Below are positions 9,517-18,553 of a stretch of 64,000 bases of DNA, piece after piece. How positions within the stretch are numbered: position 1 is the first letter of the stretch; every line of letters begins with the position of its first letter. The notes below the pieces were generated by a model. That model saw nothing but the letters and a program-made list of their open reading frames with translations, did not search any database and was not told where the DNA came from. The DNA comes from a virus (lineage: Duplodnaviria; Heunggongvirae; Uroviricota; Caudoviricetes): IMG/VR virus record IMGVR_UViG_3300024344_000001; one strand, 5' to 3'. Both the position numbers and the translations under genes were made by a program.

Positions 9517-9998
9517 AGCCGTTTCCCCTTTTCGTTTAATAAGTCTATCTTTTTTCTTAGGTTGAAGTCCTTACTTGTAAGTGACGCGATCCTGGCCTTC
9601 GCCACTTCTCTGAACTGATCTAGTTTTACGGCGACCGTATTCTCTCTAATAAGCATCTGCTCTTTAAGTTCATACGGCCCGTATACATCGGTCAGATTAT
9701 GATACTCACGGGCAACCATACGTCTAATATGGTAATCACAATAGTCTATGACCACCTGTTGTTTAGCTTTCTGGCTGGCTACATGATCGAGGTAACTCAT
9801 AAGGGTGAGAGCATAGTTAAAGCACTCGTCCTGAGATAACTCCCTTAGTTGATCCATACTTAAAGACTCAGCTTCTCTGAAGTTGTCAAGCTGAACAGGA
9901 GCCGCTAAGTCTTTGTTCTCCAGATATTCGTCTACTCGTAATAGGAAAGACTCTAATCTGTCATCAGTCTCTGTATTAAATTTGTTTTCCCCAGTCAT
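9513..9998 (-). CDS. hypothetical protein (position suggests replication accessory or helicase loader)
   Basis: ORF between dnaB and the recA-like gene; no motif recognised. Confidence 0.4.
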   Translation of the reverse strand: MTGENKFNTETDDRLESFLLRVDEYLENKDLAAPVQLDNFREAESLSMDQLRELSQDECFNYALTLMSYLDHVASQKAKQQVVIDYCDYHIRRMVAREYHNLTDVYGPYELKEQMLIRENTVAVKLDQFREVAKARIASLTSKDFNLRKKIDLLNEKGKRL

Positions 9999-10380
9999 CT
10001 TCCTCGTCCCATCTGAACACTACAAGGTGAATATCATTTAGTTCGCACCACTCCCGTTTGATTCTGTCTCGTCTCAGGGCGTCTATCCACCCTGCACGGC
10101 CCTTATGGAAGTGGGCAACAAACTCATAGTGCTGCCTGCCATTAACTTCTATAGCCAACGATAGTGTTGGTATGAAGAAGTCAAGGTATAAATTACGGGC
10201 GTTACTGTTACTAATCTTCATTTCCTCAAGAATTTGGTAACTCTTGAACTTATCCTGAAGTAAGGTTCGTGCTTTCCTATGGGGGGCAGAGCGTTTCTGT
10301 CTCCCATCATTATCCGCGATTACCCTGTACTTGTGTACATTAACAGTAAAGTCCCGCCCGTTTAGTCCTTTGAATTTCAT
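9976..10380 (-). CDS. DUF559/Vsr-like PD-(D/E)XK endonuclease (homing-endonuclease-like)
   Basis: Motif DFFIPTLSLAIEVNGRQHYE resembles the DUF559 D..EVDG core; the same motif recurs at the C-terminus of ORF 49825-50430. Confidence 0.5.
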   Translation of the reverse strand: MKFKGLNGRDFTVNVHKYRVIADNDGRQKRSAPHRKARTLLQDKFKSYQILEEMKISNSNARNLYLDFFIPTLSLAIEVNGRQHYEFVAHFHKGRAGWIDALRRDRIKREWCELNDIHLVVFRWDEEDDWGKQI

Positions 10381-11510
10381 AGTGGAATTGCCTGAATTTC
10401 ATCATATAGCAGTTCACCGATTTCCGGGTTATCATCCATCCACCTTACAAGGTTAAGGATGCCCTGGAATTGGAATAGTTTACCTACGGCGTCTTCGTCC
10501 GATGGATCTACATCGTTACGCTTACAAACCTTTTTCATTTTAGGTGTGTCTTTGTTATCGATAGCTGCTGTAATAGTGTACCATGAACCAGCGGGTTTAA
10601 TGAAACCAAGTTCTGCGGCCTGATGTACGATTTCCTTATTCTTATCGACACCAACACCCCAACGTAACCAACCTTCAGCTTTAGATCCAGGCTTACCGCC
10701 CGCACCAGAAGTCTTAATCTTCCAATACAACTGCTGACCTATTGATTCCTTACCTTGTTCCCAAGGGGAGAATCCACCTAGATCAAGGATGGTGCTAGCC
10801 TGGTATTGCAACTGGTTACCACCGTCCATAACAGTCTTTGCTGCTCGTGGGGAGATCGCACCAGTATTAGCAATCTTATGGGTAATGAAGATAAGGATTG
10901 CTCCAGTTCTCGGAACGTCTCCACTTGTTCTCTTGAGAAACGATCCAAGTAGCTTAGGTAACCCCGCTCTAATACCCGATCTGATTTCACCTGCTAGTTC
11001 TTCTGCTGGTAACATGTTAGATGTACTATCGACAATCAATACAAGGTTAGGAACCTGTCTAACCAATAGTTCCGCCGTATTAAGATACATTTCAGCGGAG
11101 ATCTCAAGTTGTTCCGGTGTAGGTCCAATGATATTCATTGACTTATGATCAAGGTTAGTTATCTGGCATAGGTGATGCTCAGTCAATCTACCTTCAGTAT
11201 CGAAGTAGTAAATATTCTTGTCATGGTATTTCTGGCAATGTGCTGCGAAACTTAGTGCGGATACTGACTTACCAGCTTTAGGTGGGCCTGAGATAACATT
11301 GACTGTTCCTTCTCTAAGACCGCCCCCAAGTAAATCATCTAGTGCTGGGGAGAACGGAATAACCTTCAATTCCTGTAACTGATCAAGAACTTCATGACCT
11401 TCACTTGCGATCTTTCCAATCTTTTGATTGATTGTGTTTAGTAGTGGGTTATCATACTTAGTCTTGACTTTGTTGATGTTTATCTTTGGTTTCTTCTTGT
11501 CGTCCGCCAT
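10377..11510 (-). CDS. RecA-superfamily recombinase/ATPase (UvsX/Sak4/RadA-like)
   Basis: Walker A VISGPPKAGKSVSAL; Walker B LVLIVDSTSNM. Confidence 0.65.
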   Translation of the reverse strand: MADDKKKPKININKVKTKYDNPLLNTINQKIGKIASEGHEVLDQLQELKVIPFSPALDDLLGGGLREGTVNVISGPPKAGKSVSALSFAAHCQKYHDKNIYYFDTEGRLTEHHLCQITNLDHKSMNIIGPTPEQLEISAEMYLNTAELLVRQVPNLVLIVDSTSNMLPAEELAGEIRSGIRAGLPKLLGSFLKRTSGDVPRTGAILIFITHKIANTGAISPRAAKTVMDGGNQLQYQASTILDLGGFSPWEQGKESIGQQLYWKIKTSGAGGKPGSKAEGWLRWGVGVDKNKEIVHQAAELGFIKPAGSWYTITAAIDNKDTPKMKKVCKRNDVDPSDEDAVGKLFQFQGILNLVRWMDDNPEIGELLYDEIQAIPL

Positions 11511-11937
11511 CTAAACCTCTCAATGTGTTAATGCCACCCTTCTTTCCGAAGGTAGACTTGCGTTGTACGGGATTTGTTTTTACATCAAGATCCTGAGTTT
11601 TCTTAGGAGCCGCATCCAGGATCTTTTTATACTTCTTGATCGCTCTCTCTACACGCTGGTTATTAAGTGAAAAAACCCCCTTCAAATCGGGGGATTGTAC
11701 GGCCTGCACTACAGGCTTTTCACCATATTTATTTATCAGTCCGAGTGCCAGCATGACTTGCTTCTTGAACTTCCAACTCCACTTTTTATGATTCCAGAAC
11801 TTGTATGGTAAGGAGCCTACATTCTCAAACTCCGCAAAGTTCATAATCATCTTCTCGGCTACAAACGCAGCACACGTACAGTAGCCACCAGTTGATACAT
11901 GCTTGTACTTACTCTTCTCCGAACGTTCTCTCTTCAT
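11458..11937 (-). CDS. hypothetical basic protein; ORF contains an internal terminator-like hairpin
   Basis: ORF; the 11670-11693 GC hairpin + U-run lies inside the coding frame. Confidence 0.35.
   Translation of the reverse strand: MKRERSEKSKYKHVSTGGYCTCAAFVAEKMIMNFAEFENVGSLPYKFWNHKKWSWKFKKQVMLALGLINKYGEKPVVQAVQSPDLKGVFSLNNQRVERAIKKYKKILDAAPKKTQDLDVKTNPVQRKSTFGKKGGINTLRGLDGGRQEETKDKHQQSQD
11670..11693 (-). terminator. terminator-like hairpin inside ORF 11458-11937
   Basis: cccccgatttgaaggggg followed by TTTTTT on the minus strand. Confidence 0.35.
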
Positions 11938-12343
11938 AGTTGATCACCATATCCTCAAAGCACTTTTCCAGTGGGTCCAGCATTGATCTTTCAACTACTA
12001 ACTCAGGAACCTGCCACCATTGTTTGGAGACTAGTCCACCACGTTTCACTCTACCAGTAACAATAAACTCGATTGTATCTCCACCAAACTGACCCTTAGC
12101 GGCCTTAGCAAGATACATTCCATGCTTACTAGTTTCTATATTCACTTCGTGTGATCTGAACTGTAGAGACATTTCCGAAATAACTGCCCCAGTCGTCTCG
12201 ACTATGTTTTTGACCTCTGTCCATTTATCCACAAGATCCACCCCAGTAAAGAAGAAATACTCTCCACTACTAAGATAGACCTTGATCCACACTTGTGACT
12301 TATCAGATCGATAAGCTTCTAACCAAGCTTCCTTCTTGTTCAT
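11909..12343 (-). CDS. hypothetical protein
   Basis: ORF in the array. Confidence 0.4.
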   Translation of the reverse strand: MNKKEAWLEAYRSDKSQVWIKVYLSSGEYFFFTGVDLVDKWTEVKNIVETTGAVISEMSLQFRSHEVNIETSKHGMYLAKAAKGQFGGDTIEFIVTGRVKRGGLVSKQWWQVPELVVERSMLDPLEKCFEDMVINYEERTFGEE

Positions 12344-12666
12344 TACTGCTTCTTACTAGGGGCAATACACTTGGACATACGATCAGTGATTTTAGGTCCG
12401 CTACCTCGCATTTCATGTAGTAAGTCACCTATCTGAGATTCACCCTCAGTCATTACAACCGGGTTGTTCTGCGTAGGAATAGGTTGCCCTACATCGAAAG
12501 ACTTTTCGTGTAATTCCTGCTCTGCATCAGCTAGAGCAAGCACATACTTGGAAATGGAAGACTTAGAGCGATCCATTTCTTTAGCCAGTTCGTCAACACT
12601 CATAGTGTCAATATGACCCTCGATGTAATATTTCTCGTACTTGTTTAGTGGTCCTGTTTTAGCCAT
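12343..12666 (-). CDS. hypothetical protein
   Basis: ORF in the array. Confidence 0.4.
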   Translation of the reverse strand: MAKTGPLNKYEKYYIEGHIDTMSVDELAKEMDRSKSSISKYVLALADAEQELHEKSFDVGQPIPTQNNPVVMTEGESQIGDLLHEMRGSGPKITDRMSKCIAPSKKQ

Positions 12667-12979
12667 TAGTTCTACCCCTTTCGGCGGATCTTAAGAATGT
12701 CTGTTTCTTCGTAGTGAGAAACAACATGTAATCATTAAAAATGTTTGGTCTAACTCTCACCATACGAATTTCTTCGGGGTGAAACTTTTTATACTTGTAG
12801 GGGCCGTTCGGATCGAAAAGCGTCCCGCCGTACTCCCTTACGTAATATACCGTGGAGCCGTTTTTTGTCGTCATTTTCGCGAAGAATTTCTCGTTTTCGC
12901 CGGAAATCACGCCGCCATCTTTGTTAAACCAGACTTCATTATTCTCTTCTAAGAGAACTTCGTCTTCTATGAATCGCAT
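12659..12979 (-). CDS. hypothetical protein
   Basis: ORF in the array. Confidence 0.4.
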   Translation of the reverse strand: MRFIEDEVLLEENNEVWFNKDGGVISGENEKFFAKMTTKNGSTVYYVREYGGTLFDPNGPYKYKKFHPEEIRMVRVRPNIFNDYMLFLTTKKQTFLRSAERGRTNG

Positions 12980-13329
12980 TAATCACCTTCCATTATGTAT
13001 TTACGTTTCTGGTCGGCATTCATTTTTGCGATTTTCTTATTGGTACCTTTATCGGCTTCCCACCACTCTTTTTTAGGTGGTGGATTAAGTTCCAATTCCC
13101 TGGCTTCTTTTTCTCTAATTCGACTCTTGTTCTTATTAAAGTTACGTTCAGCCAGTTGACCAATAGTGGTAGCATCCCCCTTTACAAAAGAGGTTAACCC
13201 ACCAAAAACTATTCTTTCTAAACTATTCTTTCCGCACTGCGGACACTTTCTCTTTACATTAGCCTTGATGGACTGCTGTATTTCGAAATTGTGTTCACAC
13301 TCGGAACACTCATACTCATAGAGAATCAA
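12979..13329 (-). CDS. FmdB-family zinc-ribbon protein
   Basis: YECSECEHNFE...CPQCGK zinc-ribbon pattern. Confidence 0.5.
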   Translation of the reverse strand: MILYEYECSECEHNFEIQQSIKANVKRKCPQCGKNSLERIVFGGLTSFVKGDATTIGQLAERNFNKNKSRIREKEARELELNPPPKKEWWEADKGTNKKIAKMNADQKRKYIMEGD

Positions 13330-14069
13330 TTACAATACTCCTTATATTTATTGTATTTTCTGTCCAGATAGATAGTAGAATCTTTGTATAAAAAATCAAG
13401 GATTCTTCTAACTTGAACATTACCACTTATAGGTAAGTGGTATGTATTCCTAGATGACCTTTGATATAACTTAACATTAATACCAAGTCTTTTCTGAATA
13501 GAAGTTAACATTTCTTTAGTTCCAATAATAGCCAGTCTAATATTGGATTTTTTCACATCAAATGTGATACATCCATCCCCATCAAAATATCCTCTAATGA
13601 AATGTTTATCAATCTCTGAGGGAATTTGTGGATATTTCAGTATCAAACTTTTCCTTGGCACACAGCCCAAGCTCATCAAATCTTGACAAAGCTTGTTAGA
13701 CACATGAGAGCTATGGCAAGATGAATTTTTGTCTAATTGACGAACCTCTAGCATCGAATTGACACATTTATGAAATTTCTCTAAATGTTTATAGTCTGAT
13801 TGCTTCAGATTTATATCTAATCTAAAAGAATCACCATAATATGAACCAACACTACCGTCAGCCATAATAAATCCAAGCCAGTATCCAGATTCTTCTGAAT
13901 CAATAGATTCAAAAAAGTTCTCATTTAGTATTGGTGGTTTTTTAACCCCCCATTTTCTCATTCTACTGTAGAGAGTATTTCTAGATACTCCCAATTTTTG
14001 GGCGATGTCTGTAATACTGACACCATCGGATAATTCTTGCTTGACCAGTTCTTGGTTTATTTCTTTCAT
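13326..14069 (-). CDS. LAGLIDADG homing endonuclease with N-terminal HTH
   Basis: Two LAGLIDADG motifs, YWLGFIMADGSV and GYFDGDGCI; HTH ITDIAQKLGVSRNTLYSRM. Start moved to the internal ATG at 14069, which has a GGAGG RBS. The annotated ATG at 14096 lies inside the -10 element of the 14088-14125 promoter. Confidence 0.65.
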   Translation of the reverse strand: MKEINQELVKQELSDGVSITDIAQKLGVSRNTLYSRMRKWGVKKPPILNENFFESIDSEESGYWLGFIMADGSVGSYYGDSFRLDINLKQSDYKHLEKFHKCVNSMLEVRQLDKNSSCHSSHVSNKLCQDLMSLGCVPRKSLILKYPQIPSEIDKHFIRGYFDGDGCITFDVKKSNIRLAIIGTKEMLTSIQKRLGINVKLYQRSSRNTYHLPISGNVQVRRILDFLYKDSTIYLDRKYNKYKEYCN

Positions 14070-14087
14070 TATTACACCTCCAGTAGT

Positions 14088-14125
14088 ATTATACACTGGA
14101 TCTGTATATGAATGCTCAATAAACT
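14088..14125 (-). promoter_or_regulatory. promoter-like (TTGAGC-N18-TGTATAAT) upstream of the LAGLIDADG gene
   Basis: rc ttgagcattcatatacagatccagtgtataatac. Confidence 0.45.
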
Positions 14126-14153
14126 GGTATTTTCTACAAAATCATACAAACAA

Positions 14154-14828
14154 TCATTCCTCACTCTCCACGGCCCGTAGGATACGCCCGATAATATCGT
14201 GACGTTGAATGTCTCTGTTACTCATACGTGTAACACCAACACCCTCAATTCCATCTACAAGTTCAATAAAACGGTTAAGCCCGCTTCTGGCTGATAGGTC
14301 AGTCTGTTTTACGTCTCCGTTTACCAGAACCTTAGACCCCTTACCGATACGGGTTACGAACATTTTAATCTGCTCGAACGTACAGTTCTGAGCTTCATCC
14401 AAGATCATATAAGTGTTATCAAAGGTGGAGCCACGCATCATTTCTACAGGGCGATACTCAATTCTCGGAGGAACGTCGTTTACGTATTCGCCGTAATATT
14501 TACCAAGGAAGTGCCTGAAATGTTCTTGCATAGGCATCAAGTAAGGGGCGATCTTATCCATGATTTCTCCTGGAAGGTGACCAATCTCTTTACCTGTCGC
14601 TACTAGCGGCCTAGCAATAACTACTCTATTGATTTTGTTGTAGAATAAATGTTCAGAGGCTATGCCAGCGGCAATATAGGATTTACCTGAACCACTCGGC
14701 CCCGTACAAAATACTACATCATTCTCCGAAATGGAGATAATGTAGTCCTTCTGATTATTAGTTTTTGCCTCTACGCTTCTAAACTTGAAGCCCTCATCTT
14801 TTTTTCTTGATGACCTTCTTTTTGTCAC
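14154..14828 (-). CDS. phoH: PhoH-like ATPase
   Basis: Walker A FCTGPSGSGKSYIAAG; PhoH core. Confidence 0.8.
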   Translation of the reverse strand: MTKRRSSRKKDEGFKFRSVEAKTNNQKDYIISISENDVVFCTGPSGSGKSYIAAGIASEHLFYNKINRVVIARPLVATGKEIGHLPGEIMDKIAPYLMPMQEHFRHFLGKYYGEYVNDVPPRIEYRPVEMMRGSTFDNTYMILDEAQNCTFEQIKMFVTRIGKGSKVLVNGDVKQTDLSARSGLNRFIELVDGIEGVGVTRMSNRDIQRHDIIGRILRAVESEE

Positions 14829-14845
14829 TTTGTTGACCTTTACGG

Positions 14846-15202
14846 TTATTCTGAACCCCCATTTTTATCCGCCCTCTCTATTGAGGCAGCGGTGGTGAAT
14901 CCATCTGGGTATCGTTTTTGTAACTTGATTTGGTTAAGTTCTGCACATTCTTGCAGATCAGTCCCTGTACATAGGCATAACGCCTTGAGATAGTACAGCA
15001 TATCGCCAATTTCTTCCTTGACGTTATCCATATCCAGTTCTCTATCATAACACTGCCACCTTTTAATGGCATCAGCTATCTCACCTGCTTCTCCGCAGAT
15101 TCCTAATGTAGCATGAAGCGAATCGAACGCCCCCCAGTTTTCTTTCAGGTTATATGTCCTTGTAACTGTCTCTTCCAAAATCTGATCTACTGGTTTGCTC
15201 AT
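14846..15202 (-). CDS. mazG: MazG-like nucleoside triphosphate pyrophosphohydrolase
   Basis: EAGEIADAI and EEIGDMLYYL MazG helices. Confidence 0.7.
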   Translation of the reverse strand: MSKPVDQILEETVTRTYNLKENWGAFDSLHATLGICGEAGEIADAIKRWQCYDRELDMDNVKEEIGDMLYYLKALCLCTGTDLQECAELNQIKLQKRYPDGFTTAASIERADKNGGSE

Positions 15203-15344
15203 TTTTCTTCCTTTCGTTTTTGATCCCCATCAGTGTTTCTATACACATTCTGGGAGGTTTTCGAGTTTAATTTCGCCCATTTTTCCTGTAATTTGGCTAA
15301 TTGAGCCTGTTTTGCACGAATATCGTGTGTTTTATCGTAATTCA

Positions 15345-15818
15345 CTAGTCGTCTCCACTAAGAATATCTACGGTGTTCTCGAACACCCTTACTAACTGTG
15401 GTGACATGTTGAACCTATCTGCATTAACCTCAATGGATTTGCGAATGTTACCATCGTTGTGCCTTTCCGATGCGGCTTTCCAGTCGCATAACATTTCCAT
15501 TAGGTCAATAAGGTTCATATCATCGATACCATTCTTATGGTGTTCAGGATGATGCCTGTTCTTAGCGTAATGATGATCTAATGCTGGAGCCAGGGCCTCT
15601 CTAAATCCATTGTATTCCTCACTGCCATAAGTACATGCGGCTAGCTTAGGGGTATACTCCGTAAATAGACTGACCTCTGGTTCTTCTAGTTTACTTTGGT
15701 CATGGGTTTCACCTCTTCTAATAAGTACATTAACACACCTATTGATAAGATTACGAACACGTTCAATATGTCTGAACGTATGAAAATTGGTTGCTTCTTC
15801 TTCTTGTTTAAGAGTCAT
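15345..15818 (-). CDS. HD-domain phosphohydrolase (5'-deoxynucleotidase-like)
   Basis: HTFRHIERV...HHYAKNRHHPEHH...D metal-binding pattern; start placed at MTLKQ (15818) because the upstream part overlaps the next ORF. Confidence 0.55.
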   Translation of the reverse strand: MTLKQEEEATNFHTFRHIERVRNLINRCVNVLIRRGETHDQSKLEEPEVSLFTEYTPKLAACTYGSEEYNGFREALAPALDHHYAKNRHHPEHHKNGIDDMNLIDLMEMLCDWKAASERHNDGNIRKSIEVNADRFNMSPQLVRVFENTVDILSGDD

Positions 15819-16026
15819 AGTTAAACCTCTCTTTTTTGAATCCACACCTTGGGCAGGTATAGATTCCCATACAAAAACAGTGTGATCCAGATGCAGACAT
15901 CCAGCATCCACACTCTTCACAGTGAATTGATCCTAAGCAGCCACCACCCTTAAGTCTCCATGAATAATCGGGTGGATTATCAAGATCAACAGTTTGACCT
16001 GTATCTCTTACATACTCTATTGGCAT
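15808..16026 (-). CDS. small zinc-ribbon protein
   Basis: CEECGCW...CPRCG. Confidence 0.4.
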   Translation of the reverse strand: MPIEYVRDTGQTVDLDNPPDYSWRLKGGGCLGSIHCEECGCWMSASGSHCFCMGIYTCPRCGFKKERFNYDS

Positions 16027-17099
16027 TATAGTAATCCTCCAAGATCCATATCGTATAAATCGTTCTTACTAGCTCCCTTCTTGTAACTAGTAATCTCATG
16101 TTCTTGTGGGGCCACTTGAACGGCTCCACTGTTCATCCAGGCATCAGTCCAACCTAATGGATTTTTACCTACACTATCGTATGGTAGACCAATAGCCTTA
16201 CGGCGACTCATACACAACCAATCAATATAGTGGTGTAGTGCAGTCTCAGACAAACCAATTATACTACCGTCTTTGAATAGATACGAGGCCCACTCTTTTT
16301 CTTCGTGTGCCGCCGTCTCAAACATCTTAACTGCCATGTCCTGGCATTCATTTGCCGTTTCAATAAATCCTTCTTCCTTCACTCCGTGAAGAATCTTAAG
16401 GATCTCTTGTGTGTTGTATAGGTGAAGGGCTTCGTCTCGCTTAATCTGCTTAACAATATCGGCGTTGCCCACCATCTTCTTATTCTCTGCAAAAGCGAAG
16501 GCACATACGAAGCTTACATAAAATCTAATAGCCTCAAGTATGTTGATACTTACAATAGTCATATAGATTTGCTTCTTAACATCCTTCTTAGAACGCCCCT
16601 GAGCAATCTTATTCAATACATCGTATTCTTTTACGGCCACGTCAGCACGCCGCATGATCTCATTGTCAGTTAGAATGTTATGGAATACATCACTGGGGTC
16701 ATTGTACACATTCTGAATAATGTACGTATAGGCATATGAGTGAATCTGCTCAAACGCCGCCCATGTATTCAAGCAGGCTTCTACTTCGTTGTTACTAACA
16801 AACTTCTGTAGTACCGGAACGCCCCTACAAATCACAGAATCCATCATAGTCTGATATTTCAGATTACTGGTAAAGATGAATTTCTCATTAGGGGTCATGA
16901 TCGCATCATCTTTGAAGTCATTACGGTCCTTCTTCAACTCGATCTCTTCAGGAAACCATACAAACTCCCACTGCTTACGGAACAGGTCCGCAAACACAGG
17001 ATACTTAGGATCGTGGTACATCTGAATACCTAGACCTTCTCCCAGGAAGATAGGCTGTTTCTTTTGATCTACAAACTCTCTGTTTAGTAGTGTGTCCAT
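16026..17099 (-). CDS. nrdB: ribonucleotide reductase class Ia small subunit
   Basis: NrdB-like di-iron carboxylate ligand arrangement; downstream of nrdA. Confidence 0.9.
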   Translation of the reverse strand: MDTLLNREFVDQKKQPIFLGEGLGIQMYHDPKYPVFADLFRKQWEFVWFPEEIELKKDRNDFKDDAIMTPNEKFIFTSNLKYQTMMDSVICRGVPVLQKFVSNNEVEACLNTWAAFEQIHSYAYTYIIQNVYNDPSDVFHNILTDNEIMRRADVAVKEYDVLNKIAQGRSKKDVKKQIYMTIVSINILEAIRFYVSFVCAFAFAENKKMVGNADIVKQIKRDEALHLYNTQEILKILHGVKEEGFIETANECQDMAVKMFETAAHEEKEWASYLFKDGSIIGLSETALHHYIDWLCMSRRKAIGLPYDSVGKNPLGWTDAWMNSGAVQVAPQEHEITSYKKGASKNDLYDMDLGGLL

Positions 17100-17903
17100 T
17101 ACTTGATACCTCTCAGAATGTGGGCGATCATATCAACGGTCCACCCATTTCCAATCATTTTATAGCGTTGTGTGTTACTCACACCTTCAGTGTAGTTATC
17201 AGGGAGAGTCTGAAGTCTTTCGCATTCCAACGGCGTCAACATACGATACTCCAGATCCTCTTTGTCTCTATCAATCTTCTCCAGGAAGACCAACTGCCGT
17301 CTACTCTTCTCAAAGTATTGTTTCAGGTTACCGCCCTTAGCATAGTTTGCGTCTATGCAGTAGGACTTGTCTCTATCTACCACACCGCCCTGGATAATAT
17401 CCTTTAGTAGAACACCCTTATCTTCAGGGGGAGTGAATGGAATGTTAGTCCAGTACAATCTATTACGGAGTTGTGCTGAGACCAGGCTGCTGTTCATCTT
17501 TACGGGCTGTACGCCAAGTGCCTTAGAGATCACGTCCTGTGACTCCTGCTTCATGTTAACGTTCTCTAACAGGAAGTATTTTGGCTCACACTCGTCCAAC
17601 AGTCTCTTGAATTCAAAGAATAGTTTACTACGGGGATCATCAAAGTTCAGTTGTCTACCAGCGAATGAGAATCCCTGACATGGACTACCGCCCATAACTA
17701 GGTCATATCTAGAAAGGAAATCTCCCTTGATAGTAGTAATGTCCCCTATCTGAAGGGTTTCTGGGTAGTTTTTTTGAGCGATCTGTATCGCGTACTTATC
17801 AATCTCAGATGAATAATACACTTCTGTATCAATTCCCGCTCGCTCAAGAGCTACCTGCCCACATGATATTCCATCAAACGTACTTAATACGCTTAAACTC
17901 ATC
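17099..17903 (-). CDS. DNA (cytosine-5)-methyltransferase (Dcm-type)
   Basis: Motif I STFDGISCG, motif IV PCQGFS, ENV, QRYKMIGNGWTV; start moved to the ATG at 17903. Confidence 0.85.
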
Positions 17904-18084
17904 GCATTAGTCCTACAAATACTCCACCAACACAAAATCCAATTAGAAAAGTGCTCAACACCAAAAGGCCCGCAATCAAACAACCTCTATCAAGGATAGG
18001 TTCTTTATATTTTGGCGGTTCGTATGGATTCTTTTCACTTTCCTCACACAAATCCAAAACATCACGTACAATGTTGATTCCCAT
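17899..18084 (-). CDS. small membrane protein
   Basis: Hydrophobic segment LLVLSTFLIGFCVGGVFVGL. Confidence 0.3.
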   Translation of the reverse strand: MGINIVRDVLDLCEESEKNPYEPPKYKEPILDRGCLIAGLLVLSTFLIGFCVGGVFVGLMR

Positions 18085-18500
18085 TAGTAACTTCCTAGTA
18101 AGGTACCTTCTTCACATTCCAAAATCATAAGTTCAATATCGTTACAGACTAAAACACCTTTACAAACATCCTCATACCATTTAAGGTACTCTTTCATGGT
18201 CTTGTGAAAGACCTCCGTTATAGGAATACCTAGAAACAATTTTAATCTTTCGTGTTTATATTCCTTGTAATCAAGGGGATTGTGAACACATTCTTGGATT
18301 AAATCGTCGTATGCAGTTTCATCAACATAGAACCTTTTTGGTGTCAATTCATTCCTATGAGCTACTTTGGTCATAAGGAAACATAATCTTTTGGTTAACC
18401 TACCTGCTAGGGCATCACAATCGTACACTAATATGTTACGATCAATCCCATCTTCTATTAAATTTAATATATCATTAGATACTACAAACTCCACCTTCAC
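18084..18500 (-). CDS. hypothetical protein
   Basis: ORF between nrdA and the MTase gene. Confidence 0.4.
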   Translation of the reverse strand: MKVEFVVSNDILNLIEDGIDRNILVYDCDALAGRLTKRLCFLMTKVAHRNELTPKRFYVDETAYDDLIQECVHNPLDYKEYKHERLKLFLGIPITEVFHKTMKEYLKWYEDVCKGVLVCNDIELMILECEEGTLLGSY

Positions 18501-18553
18501 ACCCCATTTCCTATAAACTTAATTCTTGCTTCAATAGTAATCAAAAACCTGAC

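Noticed and set aside
10789-11148. Plus-strand ORF antisense to the recA-like gene, and the nested minus-strand ORF 10778-10990
   Set aside because: Both overlap a motif-bearing gene in other frames; they are typical spurious ORFs
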